A stretch of DNA of 63,865 bases, counting the filler, from Octopus bimaculoides (Eukaryota): NCBI RefSeq assembly GCF_001194135.2. It is 4 parts of 4 records of this genome, joined end to end, with 100 filler letters (N's around TTAATTAATTAA, not from the genome) between each part and the next. Parts side by side here need not be neighbours in the genome. Positions count along the whole stretch, not along the records: positions 1 to 26,946 come from NC_069003.1; 3 more parts are not named here. The stretch is one strand, 5' to 3'. The notes beneath the pieces were generated by a model, which did not search any database, was not told the origin of the DNA, and saw only the letters and a program-made list of their open reading frames with translations. Below, piece after piece: positions 1 through 12,629 of this stretch; the stretch's first letter is position 1, and each line of letters opens with the position of its first letter. The position numbers and the translations under genes were made by a program.

Positions 1-47
1 CTCCTCCTCCCGATCATCATCAACAGTATCATCAGAATTATCGTCAA

Positions 48-113
<66 letters not shown>

Positions 114-282
114 CAGCTATGGTAGAAGTTGTAGCAGCGGTAGTAGCACTAATAGCAACAACAGCAACAATAGCAACAACAGCAACGATAGCAACAACAG
201 CAACAATAGCAACAACATAAGCAGTTTCAACGTTAACATTACAGAGGCAGCACTACTACTACTACTAAAACAACAACAACAG

Positions 283-318
<36 letters not shown>

Positions 319-340
319 TTACTACTACAACTACTACTAC
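1..340. repeat. Compound trinucleotide microsatellite (CAT/CAG/TAG/CAA/TAC)
   Basis: Read directly. Many other AC, TA, AG, TATG, TAGA, AGAC, ATT and CAT tracts occur throughout, e.g. 19400-19670, 26670-26946, 27216-27330, 27690-27843, 33070-33155, 39620-40230. Confidence 0.95.
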
Positions 341-873
341 TGCTGGCTCTCATGGCTTCTGATCTTAACTGATTGGAAGTCTTATCATGAACATTGTTTT
401 GTCTTGGTATAAAAGATGGGCTGCAGCAAATATTCTGCTCAATACCACAGATTTGCTTGTCAGTTGTTTGACCTTAACCATTTGAGCATGTCCCTTGGTG
501 GCTGACGATAAGTGCATCTCTGATCACGAGCAGAAGTAGTAGGGGAACATCACAGCCATGTTTTGAGAGGAACTATTTGAGGTTTGGATAATTCACCTTT
601 GGAAACATGGGTGTTTCGTTCATCATCCTCAAACAACCTTTATTCAAGGACCTTTTGAGCGGGATGGGCTACTCGACCTGAAGAAAATTCTAACTGGGCC
701 CAACCTGCAAGGTCATGCGCTGTTAATCTTGATATGAGATTACCATGTGGCACGCATATGGTTGTGATGCATGTGCCTGGTGTACCCTTATCAAACAGAT
801 ATTCATGGTGGGTATACTGGGCTTCGTATATTTTACCCCAGTGTCACTTTGATAGCATGCACTGCTCTCTCAC
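341..873 (+). mobile_element. ~530-bp non-coding interspersed element embedded in trinucleotide tracts, copy 1
   Basis: Colinear with 2382-2883 (+) and 27844-28379 (-); followed by (TAA)n; sense strand unknown. Confidence 0.85.
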
Positions 874-2332
874 ATAATAATAATATTAATAATAATAATG
901 ATGCTTTTCATTATAGGTACAAAGCTTGAAATTTTGGGACTAGTCGATTACATCGACCCTAGTGTTTCACTGGTAATTAATTTATCGGCCCCAAGAGGAT
1001 GAAAGGCAAAGTCGACCTCGTCGAATTTCTTTTGACATGAGCCATTTTCCATGCAAGGGGAAGAAGGATTGCCGGTTTATGATGAATGCAGTTTATAAGC
1101 ACAAAAGAAATACAAGATAATATATTTACAAAACGTGAAGAAAAAAATCGATAAAAATTTACTGTTATAGGCAATTCGAATCTTCTATGTTTCACTCACA
1201 AAATCAGCCCCCTTTAATTTTGCTCAGGTTGTTTTCAATTTTGGTGTATCGATGCAGTTCTGAATTTTGATTATTCTCAGGTAAGTTATTTGGAATTGAG
1301 TTTGAAGATTTCGGTAATTTTAGCCCCTCAACAGACAGCAAGGCATTAACAGCTTGTTACCACGACAACTGCACGTTGTTTCTGAACGCACGCACCCGCG
1401 CAAGTCAGTGGCATTTTATTTCAATTTCAAAATTTGTTATATCTATCAATTTTATTACATAGATATATTTGTCCGAAGCAGATTACGTTTGAATAACATA
1501 TGATTTCAATCTCAAAATTTGTTTCATTAGATATATTAGATAAAAATCCCANNNNNNNNNNNNNNNNNNNNNNNNNNNNNNNNNNNNNNNNNNNNNNNNN
1601 NNNNNNNNNNNNNNNNNNNNNNNNNNNNNNNNNNNNNNNNNNNNNNNNNNNNNNNNNNNNNNNNNNNNNNNNNNNNNNNNNNNNNNNNNNNNNNNNNNNN
1701 NNNNNNNNNNNNNNNNNNNNNNNNNNNNNNNNNNNNNNNNNNNNNNNNNNNNNNNNNNNNNNNNNNNNNNNNNNNNNNNNNNNNNNNNNNNNNNNNNNNN
1801 NNNNNNNNNNNNNNNNNNNNNNNNNNNNNNNNNNNNNNNNNNNNNNNNNNNNNNNNNNNNNNNNNNNNNNNNNNNNNNNNNNNNNNNNNNNNNNNNNNNN
1901 NNNNNNNNNNNNNNNNNNNNNNNNNNNNNNNNNNNNNNNNNNNNNNNNNNNNNNNNNNNNNNNNNNNNNNNNNNNNNNNNNNNNNNNNNNNNNNNNNNNN
2001 NNNNNNNNNNNNNNNNNNNNNNNNNNNNNNNNNNNNNNNNNNNNNNNNNNNNNNNNNNNNNNNNNNNNNNNNNNNNNNNNNNNNNNNNNNNNNNNNNNNN
2101 NNNNNNNNNNNNNNNNNNNNNNNNNNNNNNNNNNNNNNNNNNNATTATATGAAGAGCGTAACGGATGAAAGAACTAAGGAAGGAACTAGTTTATCCTGTT
2201 CAGGCTATATTATTAGCATTATCCTGTGATTGAGAATTTAAAATCACTTTAACTTTCTAAGACATCTGAACGCTTCTAAAAGCAAACTTCGTTTGTTTGT
2301 TTACGTTTATCGTAATTTGAATTTAACATATG

Positions 2333-2381
<49 letters not shown>

Positions 2382-2383
<2 letters not shown>

Positions 2384-2883
2384 GAAGTGTTATCATGTGC
2401 ATGTTTTGTTTTGGTGTAAAATATGGGCTACAGCAAATATTTTGCTCAATACAACAGATTTGCTTTGTCAGTTGCCTGACCTTAACTAGGTGAGCATGCC
2501 CTTAGTGACTGGCGATATGTGCATCTCTGATCACGGGCAGAAGTAGTGGGGAAACATCGTAGCCATGTGTTGAGAGGAATTCTTTGAGTTTTGAATAATT
2601 CACCTTTGGAAATATAGGTGTTTCATTCATCATCCTTAAACAACTCTCATCCAGAGACCTTTTGAGCAGGATGGGCTACTCAACCTGAAGAAAATTTTTA
2701 CTGGGCCCCACCTGCAAGGTCATGTGTTGTCTATCTTTATATAAGATCACCATGTGGCGCACATATTGTTGTGATGCATGTACCTGTTGTACTCTTGCCA
2801 GACGGATAGTCATGATAGGTATACTGAGCTTTGTATATTTGTACCCCAGTGTCACTTTGATGGCATGCACCGCTCTCTCACTC
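2382..2883 (+). mobile_element. ~530-bp element, copy 2, (AAT)n on both sides
   Basis: Colinear with copy 1; pure (AAT)n tracts immediately left and right. Confidence 0.85.
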
Positions 2884-2936
<53 letters not shown>

Positions 2937-2937
<1 letters not shown>

Positions 2938-3132
2938 TCTTTCTACTGGAAGCACAAGATCTCAAATTTAGGGGAAGGGATCAAGATGATTACATCGACC
3001 CCAGTGCGTAACTGGTTTTTATTTAATCGACTCCGAAAGAATGAAAGCCAAAGTCGACACCAGCGGAATTTGAACTCAGAACGTAAAGACAGATGAAATG
3101 CCGCTAAGCATTTTGCCCGGCGTGCTAATGAT
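2937..3132 (-). mobile_element. tRNA-derived SINE family A with (ATT)n tail; other copies 903-1028, 3481-3679, 10672-10882, 48023-48228 (all -), fragment 15515-15551
   Basis: Minus-strand head with A-box-like TGGCAGAATCG (clearest in the 3481 and 10672 copies) and B-box GAGTTCAAATTCC; conserved core GCCTTTCATCC...GGTCGATAAA..AGTACCAGT; most copies end in TTA repeats. Confidence 0.85.
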
Positions 3133-3741
3133 TTATGGCTGCTGAGTGGTTGGAACTTTTGAAAACAATAAACTAATAAACATTAGCAGTGAAACTTTGA
3201 AAACATCTCCATAATGTTTTTTTTTCCGAAACATGGTCAGCAAAAGAAAAAAAATATATTCTGACTATAAATCACAATCTTTGGCACCTTCAAGAAGCAT
3301 ATAAATTCATATTATATACATGCATGTATGTATGTATGTATGTATGTATGTATGTATGTATGTATGTATGTATGTATGTATGTATGTATGCATGTATATA
3401 TTCATATATATCTAAAAGTACATATGTATATACATACACAACATATCTAAAGACGATTCAATCGACGAGAATGAGATGAGTTTTCTTTGGCACAAAGCCA
3501 GCAATTTCGAGGGAAGAGCTAACTCAATGACATCGACCAGTTCTCAACTGGTACTTATTTTATCGACCCAGGAAGGATGAAAAGTAAAGTCGACCTCAGT
3601 GGCATTTGAACCCAAAACAGACGAAATACCGCTAAGCATTTTGTCCGGCGTGCTAACGATTCTGCCAGCTCACCGCCTTAAATAATAATTTCTTTTATTG
3701 GTTGCAAGAGCCCAAGACATGGAGGATAATATCAATAATAA

Positions 3742-5124
3742 TTAGTACCATGACCTAGCCATTGAGTTATAGAGGCTATGGAAAGTACGGATAAAATGTA
3801 ATCTTGTAGTTTTAGGTACCATTTCACCACAGGGTAGCTTGTGTTGCTGCATTTGGTGGACATAAGGTAGTTGCCCATTCCCTATGTTCAAAAGCTGGCG
3901 TGAAAATAGCCCGGCAGTTCGATCACCAAATAATTGGGCCCTCATTTTAACTGTCAGGTGCAGTTTGGTTACTTGTCTCCACAGAGAAGATTGCTTGAGA
4001 CAGGCTTTTAGATCATCTGCCTTTGTACCTTTTTGGATCACCAGAAGAGTTTGTCTGAAATTCTCAGCCAAAACTACAGTGACACCACCCATGAGAATAT
4101 CCTTTCCTCTAAAATCTTTTGTCTTGCCAGTGCCCGCAGGAGCATCCAAAAAGAACAGGCCACCCTTTTACTCTTGAGTCATTCGAAAGATGCAACTGTA
4201 AGCTGTCCGTTGTTCAGTCAAAAGCTTTGACTCATTCTCTATCACATATTCATTGAGATTGTTGATGTTTTAAGATGTCTCCCTTAAAATTTCCTGGTCT
4301 GTTCTGTGCTGTTCTCTTACTGGATCTGGCAAGCCATACTCCTGCAAAGGATTTCTTCCAAGCTGAACGACTTTGTCTTCAAGAAGAAGTCGAGCTTCAT
4401 TCTTAATGTTCTCAGTCAACTGGATTTCAAGACCGCGATTTTGCCTCTGCAATCTGTGAACAATGTCTTCACAGAAGTATTCCTGGTGCTTCTCCCACAA
4501 CTGGCAAGGGCTAGAGATGTCGCAAGTTTGAAGCATAATGACGAAGAGATTTAGCAACTGAAATGCAGAAAATAAAGCAACTGCCTCATCCAGAGTCGCA
4601 TTCCAGTTACTGTCATCTTCAAGAAGGCCATGGAAATGACAAGCATGTTTGTAAGTGTCACAGACATGGCCATTAAAAGTCTTCAGATCTAGGAAACTCT
4701 TTGGACCACGGATTGTGTGAAAAAGGAGCTTCAAGAAATAACACTCAAAGTTGTTGGGATGCACAGTGTAGACCCTTCCCAATGCTGAATCTCTCTTGAT
4801 TCCTGGATGACCTTCAATAGTCTGACCAATGGCACGTCTCATCCATTGTTTAGTGGTCTGTTGCCATGTGTAAAATTGAGGGTCTTCATGGTACAAAAGA
4901 GTGGAAGCAAATGGATCTGTGATACAAAGCTAAAAAAAGGCAGTCAATGTTGTTGAACCTGGAGTTTCAATTTGCTGCTGGAGACGTTGTGGATTGTCTG
5001 GATTAAAGTAGACTTGCTGACCATTCTCTAGACGTACAACTGGATGGATGACAGTTATTTGTAATTCAATGATACAACAGTGTAAGACTTTGTTTTGAGA
5101 TATATTAGATTGTGATTTCTGCAA
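3742..5124 (-). mobile_element. Degenerate Helitron Rep/Hel coding remnant (Rep C-terminal region plus PIF1-like helicase)
   Basis: Translations show typical Helitron segments: HPVVRLENGQQVYF...TTLTAFF; GRVYTVHPNNFECYFLKLLFHTIRGPKSFLDLKT...CHFHGLLEDD; Walker A DAPAGTGKT; GGVTVVLAENFRQTLLV (GDFRQ-like motif). Contains frameshifts and an internal deletion just after Walker A. Confidence 0.9.
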
Positions 5125-6033
5125 TGTGGTGCATAAATTGTCAAGTAAAAGAGAAGAATCTTTGCCTCCTCTGATTCAGTTGCAAAGTGTTATTTTGAGT
5201 AAAATTATTTGGTTGCAGACCTTCTGAGTCTTTTTATCATCATTGGGTCAGAGATAGTCCCCAGATGGTAACATTGATTTTAAGGCCTTTCCAGATAAGT
5301 GATTGGTCATTCAAAGAGATTTATAGATTGCAAATTTATTCTGTTCAGTTACCTATCGGCATAGTGACCATTGGCAAACTCCAGAGGTGACACTTTCATT
5401 TTCCCTTAGCCCTCACGTCACACAGTTGTTAATGGTTATTTGAGTTGGGTCACGCCCTTCCAATTGCTATAGATCCGTAATGCATCTTACGGCTGTGCCT
5501 GTCACCTGTATGGTGAGTAATTCTACATTGGGGAGTAGTAACGACTAGGGTAGTGTAGCTGACTGCTTATCGTAATTAATCGTCTTTTGGTTTCCGCTAG
5601 CTTTGCTGTCTTTTACAAACCCAGTGAACATACATATATTTCAGATTTCAAAGAAATTTGAACAATAGATATAAGACACAAGTTAAAAAAGATTCCCACC
5701 AATTCAACTTCTCTGGTTGACTTTAAGACCCGCTCCCTCCTAATAGGGGCCTTAACTCCCACATTTTAGAGCTCCATGTGTTCCATATTGTTCATTTTTC
5801 AGGAGCAAAAATCTTTGAATGAGTTTTATTAGATTTGGATTTTGGAATCTGGGCATAAAGATGAGTAGTATGGGATAAATGTCATGGTTAGAATTTTTGT
5901 TACGGTGTGTAAAGAGGGAAAGAACACCCATTAAAATTCTTAATCTCCAATTTTGATGAAATTCGAATCATAGGTATTCCAGTTCATTAGAGAAAATATA
6001 GAAGAAAAGTTTAATTCTTCAATTCCATGTGAC

Positions 6034-6060
6034 ACTGGCAACGCCGGGTATCTCTGCTAG
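6034..6060 (+). mobile_element. Helitron-type 3' terminus
   Basis: GC-rich hairpin remnant GGCAACGCCGGG, then TATCTCTG-CTAG followed by T; nearly identical to the end at 61479-61506. Confidence 0.65.
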
Positions 6061-7301
6061 TATATATATATATATATATATAAACATATTATATGCGTGT
6101 GTGTGCGTGAGCGCGCACGCATGTATGTATTCATGAGCGTGTGTGAAGAGCTACAAACTATGGAGATGTTGACTCGCTTACAAAAATGCCGATATATCGC
6201 CAGTTACACAATGCTTGTTACAGTGACTTTACATTGATGCTTTGCAACTATGCCGGTATATTGATATACCGAGAGTGGTTTTACTATTGAAAATTTGATA
6301 GATTTGTTTGTTAAAGAATCTTGGTTGTTGCAAAACCGCGAATAAAATTAAGGAAAGCAATTTTAGAGCCTCAATCCAGTAATATTGATAGCACCATGTG
6401 AATGTTTGACGTTTTAGTCAATCCTTTAAGTTTATTGTGCTTATCTGTTTGTTGAGTGAACTTGCATTCTTGTTGTGTTACAGAATGAATAATGAAAAAG
6501 ACGCCACCATTGCTCACCAGACAGAAACGAGGTATCTTTTTTCCTCCAGATAATCTGATAGCACCATATCAATTACATCCTTCCGTGGAACAGAATGTTA
6601 AAAAAATACAACATTGAAAAAAAGATAAAAAGAAAAGGAAATAAAGAGAAATAGAATAAAAAAGAAAAAGGAATCTGTTTTCAGTTTAAAAAAAGATTGG
6701 CTTAAAACAAACCTTTGAAGCAGAACTATTAGAATCAAGAAACTGTAGAGTAATTCAATTGAAAGAAATCTTCCACAACAATGCAAGTCAGTGGCTAATC
6801 TATCAATTTTGTAGTACTGCCAAATATTTCAGCGTGTTTACAACTGGAAAAAACATACGGAGAAGAAAGGAAATTGGATTACCTGAAAACTTATTTACCT
6901 GAGAAACAACATATTTTTGTTATCGAAATTCTCAGAAAGAGGATTATTCTACCATTAAAAGAACTTTTTAAGGCAATTTCGGATAAAGAAAAAATAAATT
7001 TAAATGACACGACTGCTTTCAACGCAAATACAGTAAAAATTCGCATAGACAATCTGTTACTTCCTACAGAAACAAACTCTAAACGCTTCACTGAACACTT
7101 TACAATATATATATATGTGCACTGTAGTTGAATCTATATTGTTAGATATACGCTGGATATATGTACATCGTTTGAATATGTAGTATTGCCAATTATTTGG
7201 CGAAATATAAACTATACACGTTCCTTGTAGACTCACCCATACACAAATCATTTCAAAAGTTCAAAAATCAACGTTTAGCAGTTGCGAAAGAAAGTAAAAT
7301 A

Positions 7302-8101
7302 CGTGAGTGGGCTGAAAAGTTCGTAGGCTGACTAAGAAGGAATGATGGTATAACTGTGAAATCTTGCATACATTAATTTCAACTTTTCTTATTAATAACT
7401 GCATTGTTTCTTGCCGGGTAAACTGACAACTATTATAATTATTATCATGGCCGGATTGTTCAAAGAAGACTTCAATAATAACTAGTAGCGACTTCTCAAA
7501 ATAATGGACAAAATTTGACATCATCGTGTTATCATGTACCTGTTGAAAAAAAGGATTTAGCTCCCAACACCATTCACGCTGATATGGTTACTTCATTAGG
7601 GGATGACGCTCCAGCTTGACCAACAGTGCAAAAGTGGGATACTGAATTTTGGAGGGGAAGGGAGAGTCATGAAAATGACGCAAGGTCTGGACGCCCTTCA
7701 ACTGCTACCACCGAGGAAAACATTGGTCGCGTTCACTGCATGGTGAGGGATGACAAGTGATTGATCATAAATAAAGTAGGCAATGCGATTTGCATACACT
7801 CTGAAAGAGTTGAGATTATAATGCACAATGAACTTGGCATGGCTAAGGTTTCTTTTTACTCGGTGGGTGCCACGTCTTGTGACACCTGATCACGTCATGG
7901 AACGTCATGGAACGTTTCCTAAGACAGGATGAGTGTTGGGTTCACCATTTTGTGTCAGAGACAAAGAGACAATCCATGCAGTGGTAACATCCCTCCTCAC
8001 TTCCCGACGAAGAAGGCCAAGATCATTTCATCTGCAAGGAAGGTGATGGCCTCAGCCTTTTGGGACGCAAAATGCATTGTGAACTTTTCAGCCAACCCTC
8101 G
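7302..8101 (+). mobile_element. Internally deleted mariner element with both TIRs and TA target-site duplication
   Basis: 5' TIR CGTGAGTGGGCTGAAAAGTTC (7302) and 3' TIR GAACTTTTCAGCCAACCCTCG (8081-8101) match at 18/21; TA at 7300-7301 and 8102-8103; broken transposase from 7504 with SGRPST, WVPRL-like and KVMASAFWDAK motifs. Confidence 0.9.
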
Positions 8102-8489
8102 TACTTACCCTGAATTTTTAGTTCAGGAATTTTTAAAGTTCACTGAAAACTGCAAGAGAACTTTTGTAGGAATGTTAAAATAACCTGATTTTTGCAATGA
8201 AGAATTGCTTACAAATGCGGCAACAGATTTCTTCTATAAGACCAATCAGTTCGAGTTGTTGACTTGAGATGCTACATTTGTAACGTTAAGCTAACAACAA
8301 AGAGAGCGAACTGTCTGTCATTTGATACAAACCGTACTGCGAAGAGTTAGCAATAATCGATACTTTGAATACTGTGTCATAGAAAAATAGACAGAAGTTT
8401 TATTCAAAATAATCTTAACTCAAGCTAACCTTTACACAAAATAATATTTACTGTAGATAATCTTTAAGCTTCAATACATAATAACCCCT

Positions 8490-8820
8490 TATAGGTAATA
8501 AGACCTAATATGTAATAATCCCAAATATGTAATAATCCTAAACATTTAATGATTCTCAATATGTAATAACCTTAAATATGTAATGACCCCAAATATGTAA
8601 TAACCCCAAATATGAAATAACACCAAAAAATATATCCGTTAGTGTAATAACACCAAATATGTAATAATCCTAAATATTTAATGATCCCAAATATGTAATC
8701 ATATCAAATATGTAATAACTCCAGGTATGTAATACATAATAACCCAAATGTAATGTCTCTTAATATGTAATAACCATGAATATCTCTTAATATGTAATAA
8801 CCTCCAAATATTTAATGAAG
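8490..8820. repeat. Degenerate ~17-bp minisatellite (AAATATGTAATAACCCC)n
   Basis: More than a dozen imperfect units, core ATATGTAAT recurring about every 17-18 nt. Confidence 0.8.
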
Positions 8821-10489
8821 TCAAAAGTTAGAACAATTTTCTTTCAAGAAATGGAGTCCTACGTTATGTAAAATACTGACTATATTCCTGTCATCTCACA
8901 GCTTCTTGACAGAAATACAACTTCTCAAGCATCCATTGTTGATTGTGGACTCAGATTTAATCAAAATCGATAATCGAGAAATGGATTGTAAGAAAGTCAT
9001 CTGGATATGCTTCTGTGCATCAAATTCCTTTGACGGAGTAGAAAGGAAATAAATCTTGAAAAAATATACAGAAATTGGAAAAGAATCAAAAATCCAACCT
9101 TCCTCTTTGACGAACTGTTGATGTTTTTTTTTTTTATATTTTCATATTTACGACTTGGTTGTAAAACATAGAACGAAGGAAGNNNNNNNNNNNNNNNNNN
9201 NNNNNNNNNNNNNNNNNNNNNNNNNNNNNNNNNNNNNNNNNNNNNNNNNNNNNNNNNNNNNNNNNNNNNNNNNNNNNNNNNNNNNNNNNNNNNNNNNNNN
9301 NNNNNNNNNNNNNNNNNNNNNNNNNNNNNNNNNNNNNNNNNNNNNNNNNNNNNNNNNNNNNNNNNNNNNNNNNNNNNNNNNNNNNNNNNNNNNNNNNNNN
9401 NNNNNNNNNNNNNNNNNNNNNNNNNNNNNNNNNNNNNNNNNNNNNNNNNNNNNNNNNNNNNNNNNNNNNNNNNNNNNNNNNNNNNNNNNNNNNNNNNNNN
9501 NNNNNNNNNNNNNNNNNNNNNNNNNNNNNNNNNNNNNNNNNNNNNNNNNNNNNNNNNNNNNNNNNNNNNNNNNNNNNNNNNNNNNNNNNNNNNNNNNNNN
9601 NNNNNNNNNNNNNNNNNNNNNNNNNNNNNNNNNNNNNNNNNNNNNNNNNNNNNNNNNNNNNNNNNNNNNNNNNNNNNNNNNNNNNNNNNNNNNNNNNNNN
9701 NNNNNNNNNNNNNNNNNNNNNNNNNNNNNNNNNNNNNNNNNNNNNNNNNNNNNNNNNNNNNNNNNNNNNNNNNNNNNNNNNNNNNNNNNNNNNNNNNNNN
9801 NNNNNNNNNNNNNNNNNNNNNNNNNNNNNNNNNNNNNNNNNNNNNNNNNNNNNNNNNNNNNNNNNNNNNNNNNNNNNNNNNNNNNNNNNNNNNNNNNNNN
9901 NNNNNNNNNNNNNNNNNNNNNNNNNNNNNNNNNNNNNNNNNNNNNNNNNNNNNNNNNNNNNNNNNNNNNNNNNNNNNNNNNNNNNNNNNNNNNNNNNNNN
10001 NNNNNNNNNNNNNNNNNNNNNNNNNNNNNNNNNNNNNNNNNNNNNNNNNNNNNNNNNNNNNNNNNNNNNNNNNNNNNNTATATATATATATATATGTATA
10101 TATACATCGCGCAGTTTGTCTTTAGCAGTTGTTGGATTCCTAAGTTTAAATGTTTGTGTCAGTCAAAACCGCGTTGAGAAAACATAAAATCTGGAATTTA
10201 TGTTCCAAACCGATAAAGAGGTTTATTTGAAAGAACAACAGCAAAAGAGAGTTATCCTTTTATAACTTTATTAATTTACATCAGTGAACTACTGACATGC
10301 TAGAGTTTCATCGTGTATATTATAGTCGATCTTATATATAAGCTCTACTTGTTGGTATCAGCTCTAGTTGTTGGTAGTTGAAGGAGGAAAAGTAAAATGC
10401 CTCCACTAGACATCGTAACACAAACTTTAAATGGAGATTTTCACTTTGACCAATTTATGAAGGTACGTGCATAATTAACAAATATTTTC

Positions 10490-10520
10490 ACCGGTAGCGT
10501 AGCGACGGATAACAACCTAG
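10490..10520 (+). mobile_element. Possible Helitron 3' terminus
   Basis: CCGGTAGCGTAGCGACGG imperfect hairpin, short spacer, CTAG (10517-10520) followed by T. Confidence 0.45.
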
Positions 10521-11393
10521 TGTTGTCGATGACAAATGCGACACCAAATTTCTTCCGATTCATTAATTTTATTCCATATCAAAAGTTAATAATCATAAAT
10601 GTTTGAAATCTGATTGATATCCCAATTCCTCAAAATATAAGGTGCATCTAAAGAGTTTATATTTAATAATGCTTTCAACTGAAGGGCACAGGGTCTGAAA
10701 CTTTGTGAGAGAGGACTATTCGATTACATCGACCCCAGTGTTCCGCTGGTACTTAATTTATCGACCCCAAAAGAATGAAAAGTAAAGTCGACTTCTATGG
10801 AATTTGAACTCAATGTCATACGGGCGAAATGCCGCTAAGCATTTTTGCTTGGCGTTTTAACGATTCTGCCAGCTCGTCGTCTTGTATATTTAATAATATT
10901 TGCAATTATATGATGAATAAGTCAGTTTGGTATTCTATCATTTTTCAGTTGCTGATTCCAGGATGTGTACAGTATCGTAGACAGGTTTCGAAACACGTAG
11001 AAGTATATCTAAACTATAAAGGGAAGTAAGCTACCGTCTCATGATCACTGACGGTGGTACATATTTACAATACATGTGCACTATGTTGACATTGGATTTT
11101 CTTGGTAATCATCATAAAATCCTTTATTCTTGCTTGTACACATAATAGAGAGCTCGAATTTGAAATAGGAACATGATTTCTAAACTAAAAGCTAACAACT
11201 TTCAGAAGTAAGACGCCTGAATAATGAATCAAGTTCAAATTGATCCATGAATGAAAATACTGTAAATGTACGTTCTAAACATGATACTTTTCGCTGAAAA
11301 AATGAAAAACAAATACTAAATATTAAGGTTAAACATACCATGATCTGCAACTAGCCTTAGGTTCAATGCTTTAGTCCAGTATCTGAGTTGTCT

Positions 11394-11725
11394 CATATAT
11401 ACATAGACATAACAGAAGTAAATAGACATCCCATAAAACATCGTTTTTATGTTTATTCTAACTTGTAAAGGTTTATATTCCTTATTAATTGACATTTTTA
11501 TGTTTCAGGTTCTATATGTGACTATTTAATTATGCCATACACAAAAGAAGCCTTGAAACTGTCTGAATTTGAAAGAGGCCGCATTGTGGGTCATTCTGAA
11601 GGTGGACATAGACAGCGTATAATCGCAGAAAACATTGGGATCCCGCTTTCTACAGTTAATAGAGTGATTGTGCAATTCAACAGCGAGGGGAAGGAGTTCA
11701 CATCAGCTCGCCCAAATCAACCAGG

Positions 11726-11730
<5 letters not shown>
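11394..11730 (+). mobile_element. Tc1-type transposon 5' fragment (paired-like HTH)
   Basis: ORF at 11532: [11 protein letters not shown]...[19 protein letters not shown]...RP, a typical Tc1 N-terminus; truncated by (TA)n and a gap. Confidence 0.75.
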
Positions 11731-11758
<28 letters not shown>

Positions 11759-12305
11759 NNNNNNNNNNNNNNNNNNNNNNNNNNNNNNNNNNNNNNNNNN
11801 NNNNNNNNNNNNNNNNNNNNNNNNNNNNNNNNNNNNNNNNNNNNNNNNNNNNNNNNNNNNNNNNNNNNNNNNNNNNNNNNNNNNNNNNNNNNNNNNNNNN
11901 NNNNNNNNNNNNNNNNNNNNNNNNNNNNNNNNNNNNNNNNNNNNNNNNNNNNNNNNNNNNNNNNNNNNNNNNNNNNNNNNNNNNNNNNNNNNNNNNNNNN
12001 NNNNNNNNNNNNNNNNNNNNNNNNNNNNNNNNNNNNNNNNNNNNNNNNNNNNNNNNNNNNNNNNNNNNNNNNNNNNNNNNNNNNNNNNNNNNNNNNNNNN
12101 NNNNNNNNNNNNNNNNNNNNNNNNNNNNNNNNNNNNNNNNNNNNNNNNNNNNNNNNNNNNNNNNNNNNNNNNNNNNNNNAAAGCGACGAAAATATTTTCG
12201 CAAATTAAATTTAAATGTTGAAGTGAATCTAACGGTTTTTGTGTGTTTCTTAAATGGCTTATAAAAACCTTCCACGTTGCAATTGTTTATATATATATAT
12301 ATATA

Positions 12306-12373
12306 TTCGCTGGTGTAAAGGCAACACACTTAGCCGCGTTAACAAAAGGATGTGGGTTCGACTCTCACGCGGA
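12306..12373 (+). pseudogene. tRNA-like remnant (SINE head or tRNA pseudogene)
   Basis: A-box-like TGGTGTAAAGG; T-arm GTGGG-TTCGACT-CTCAC; weak acceptor TTCGC/GCGGA; anticodon arm does not pair. Confidence 0.35.
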
Positions 12374-12629
12374 TAGGAAAGCCTTCTTTTTTCTGTCAAA
12401 GGCTTCTATGCCCCTTTATTAGACTATTTTCCTTAGTCATTGCACGGTGATCGCCATAAACTTTGAGTTTATATTAAAATACTATTATTATTATTATTAT
12501 TTACAGGATTGTAAAAACCGCGCCTAATAAACATTCGTACTGAAAGCATATATACACAACGCTTTGACAGTAATCTCCACCACGCCATATCGCAGCCTGC
12601 TTCGTTTGTATTCACCAAAGTGAATATGG

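Noticed and set aside
117-353. Low-complexity ORFs (poly-S/L/N/I/Y, HT, CV, YI, ER, LS repeats) here and at many other microsatellites
   Set aside because: These are translations of di-, tri- and tetranucleotide repeats, with no domain content or splice context.
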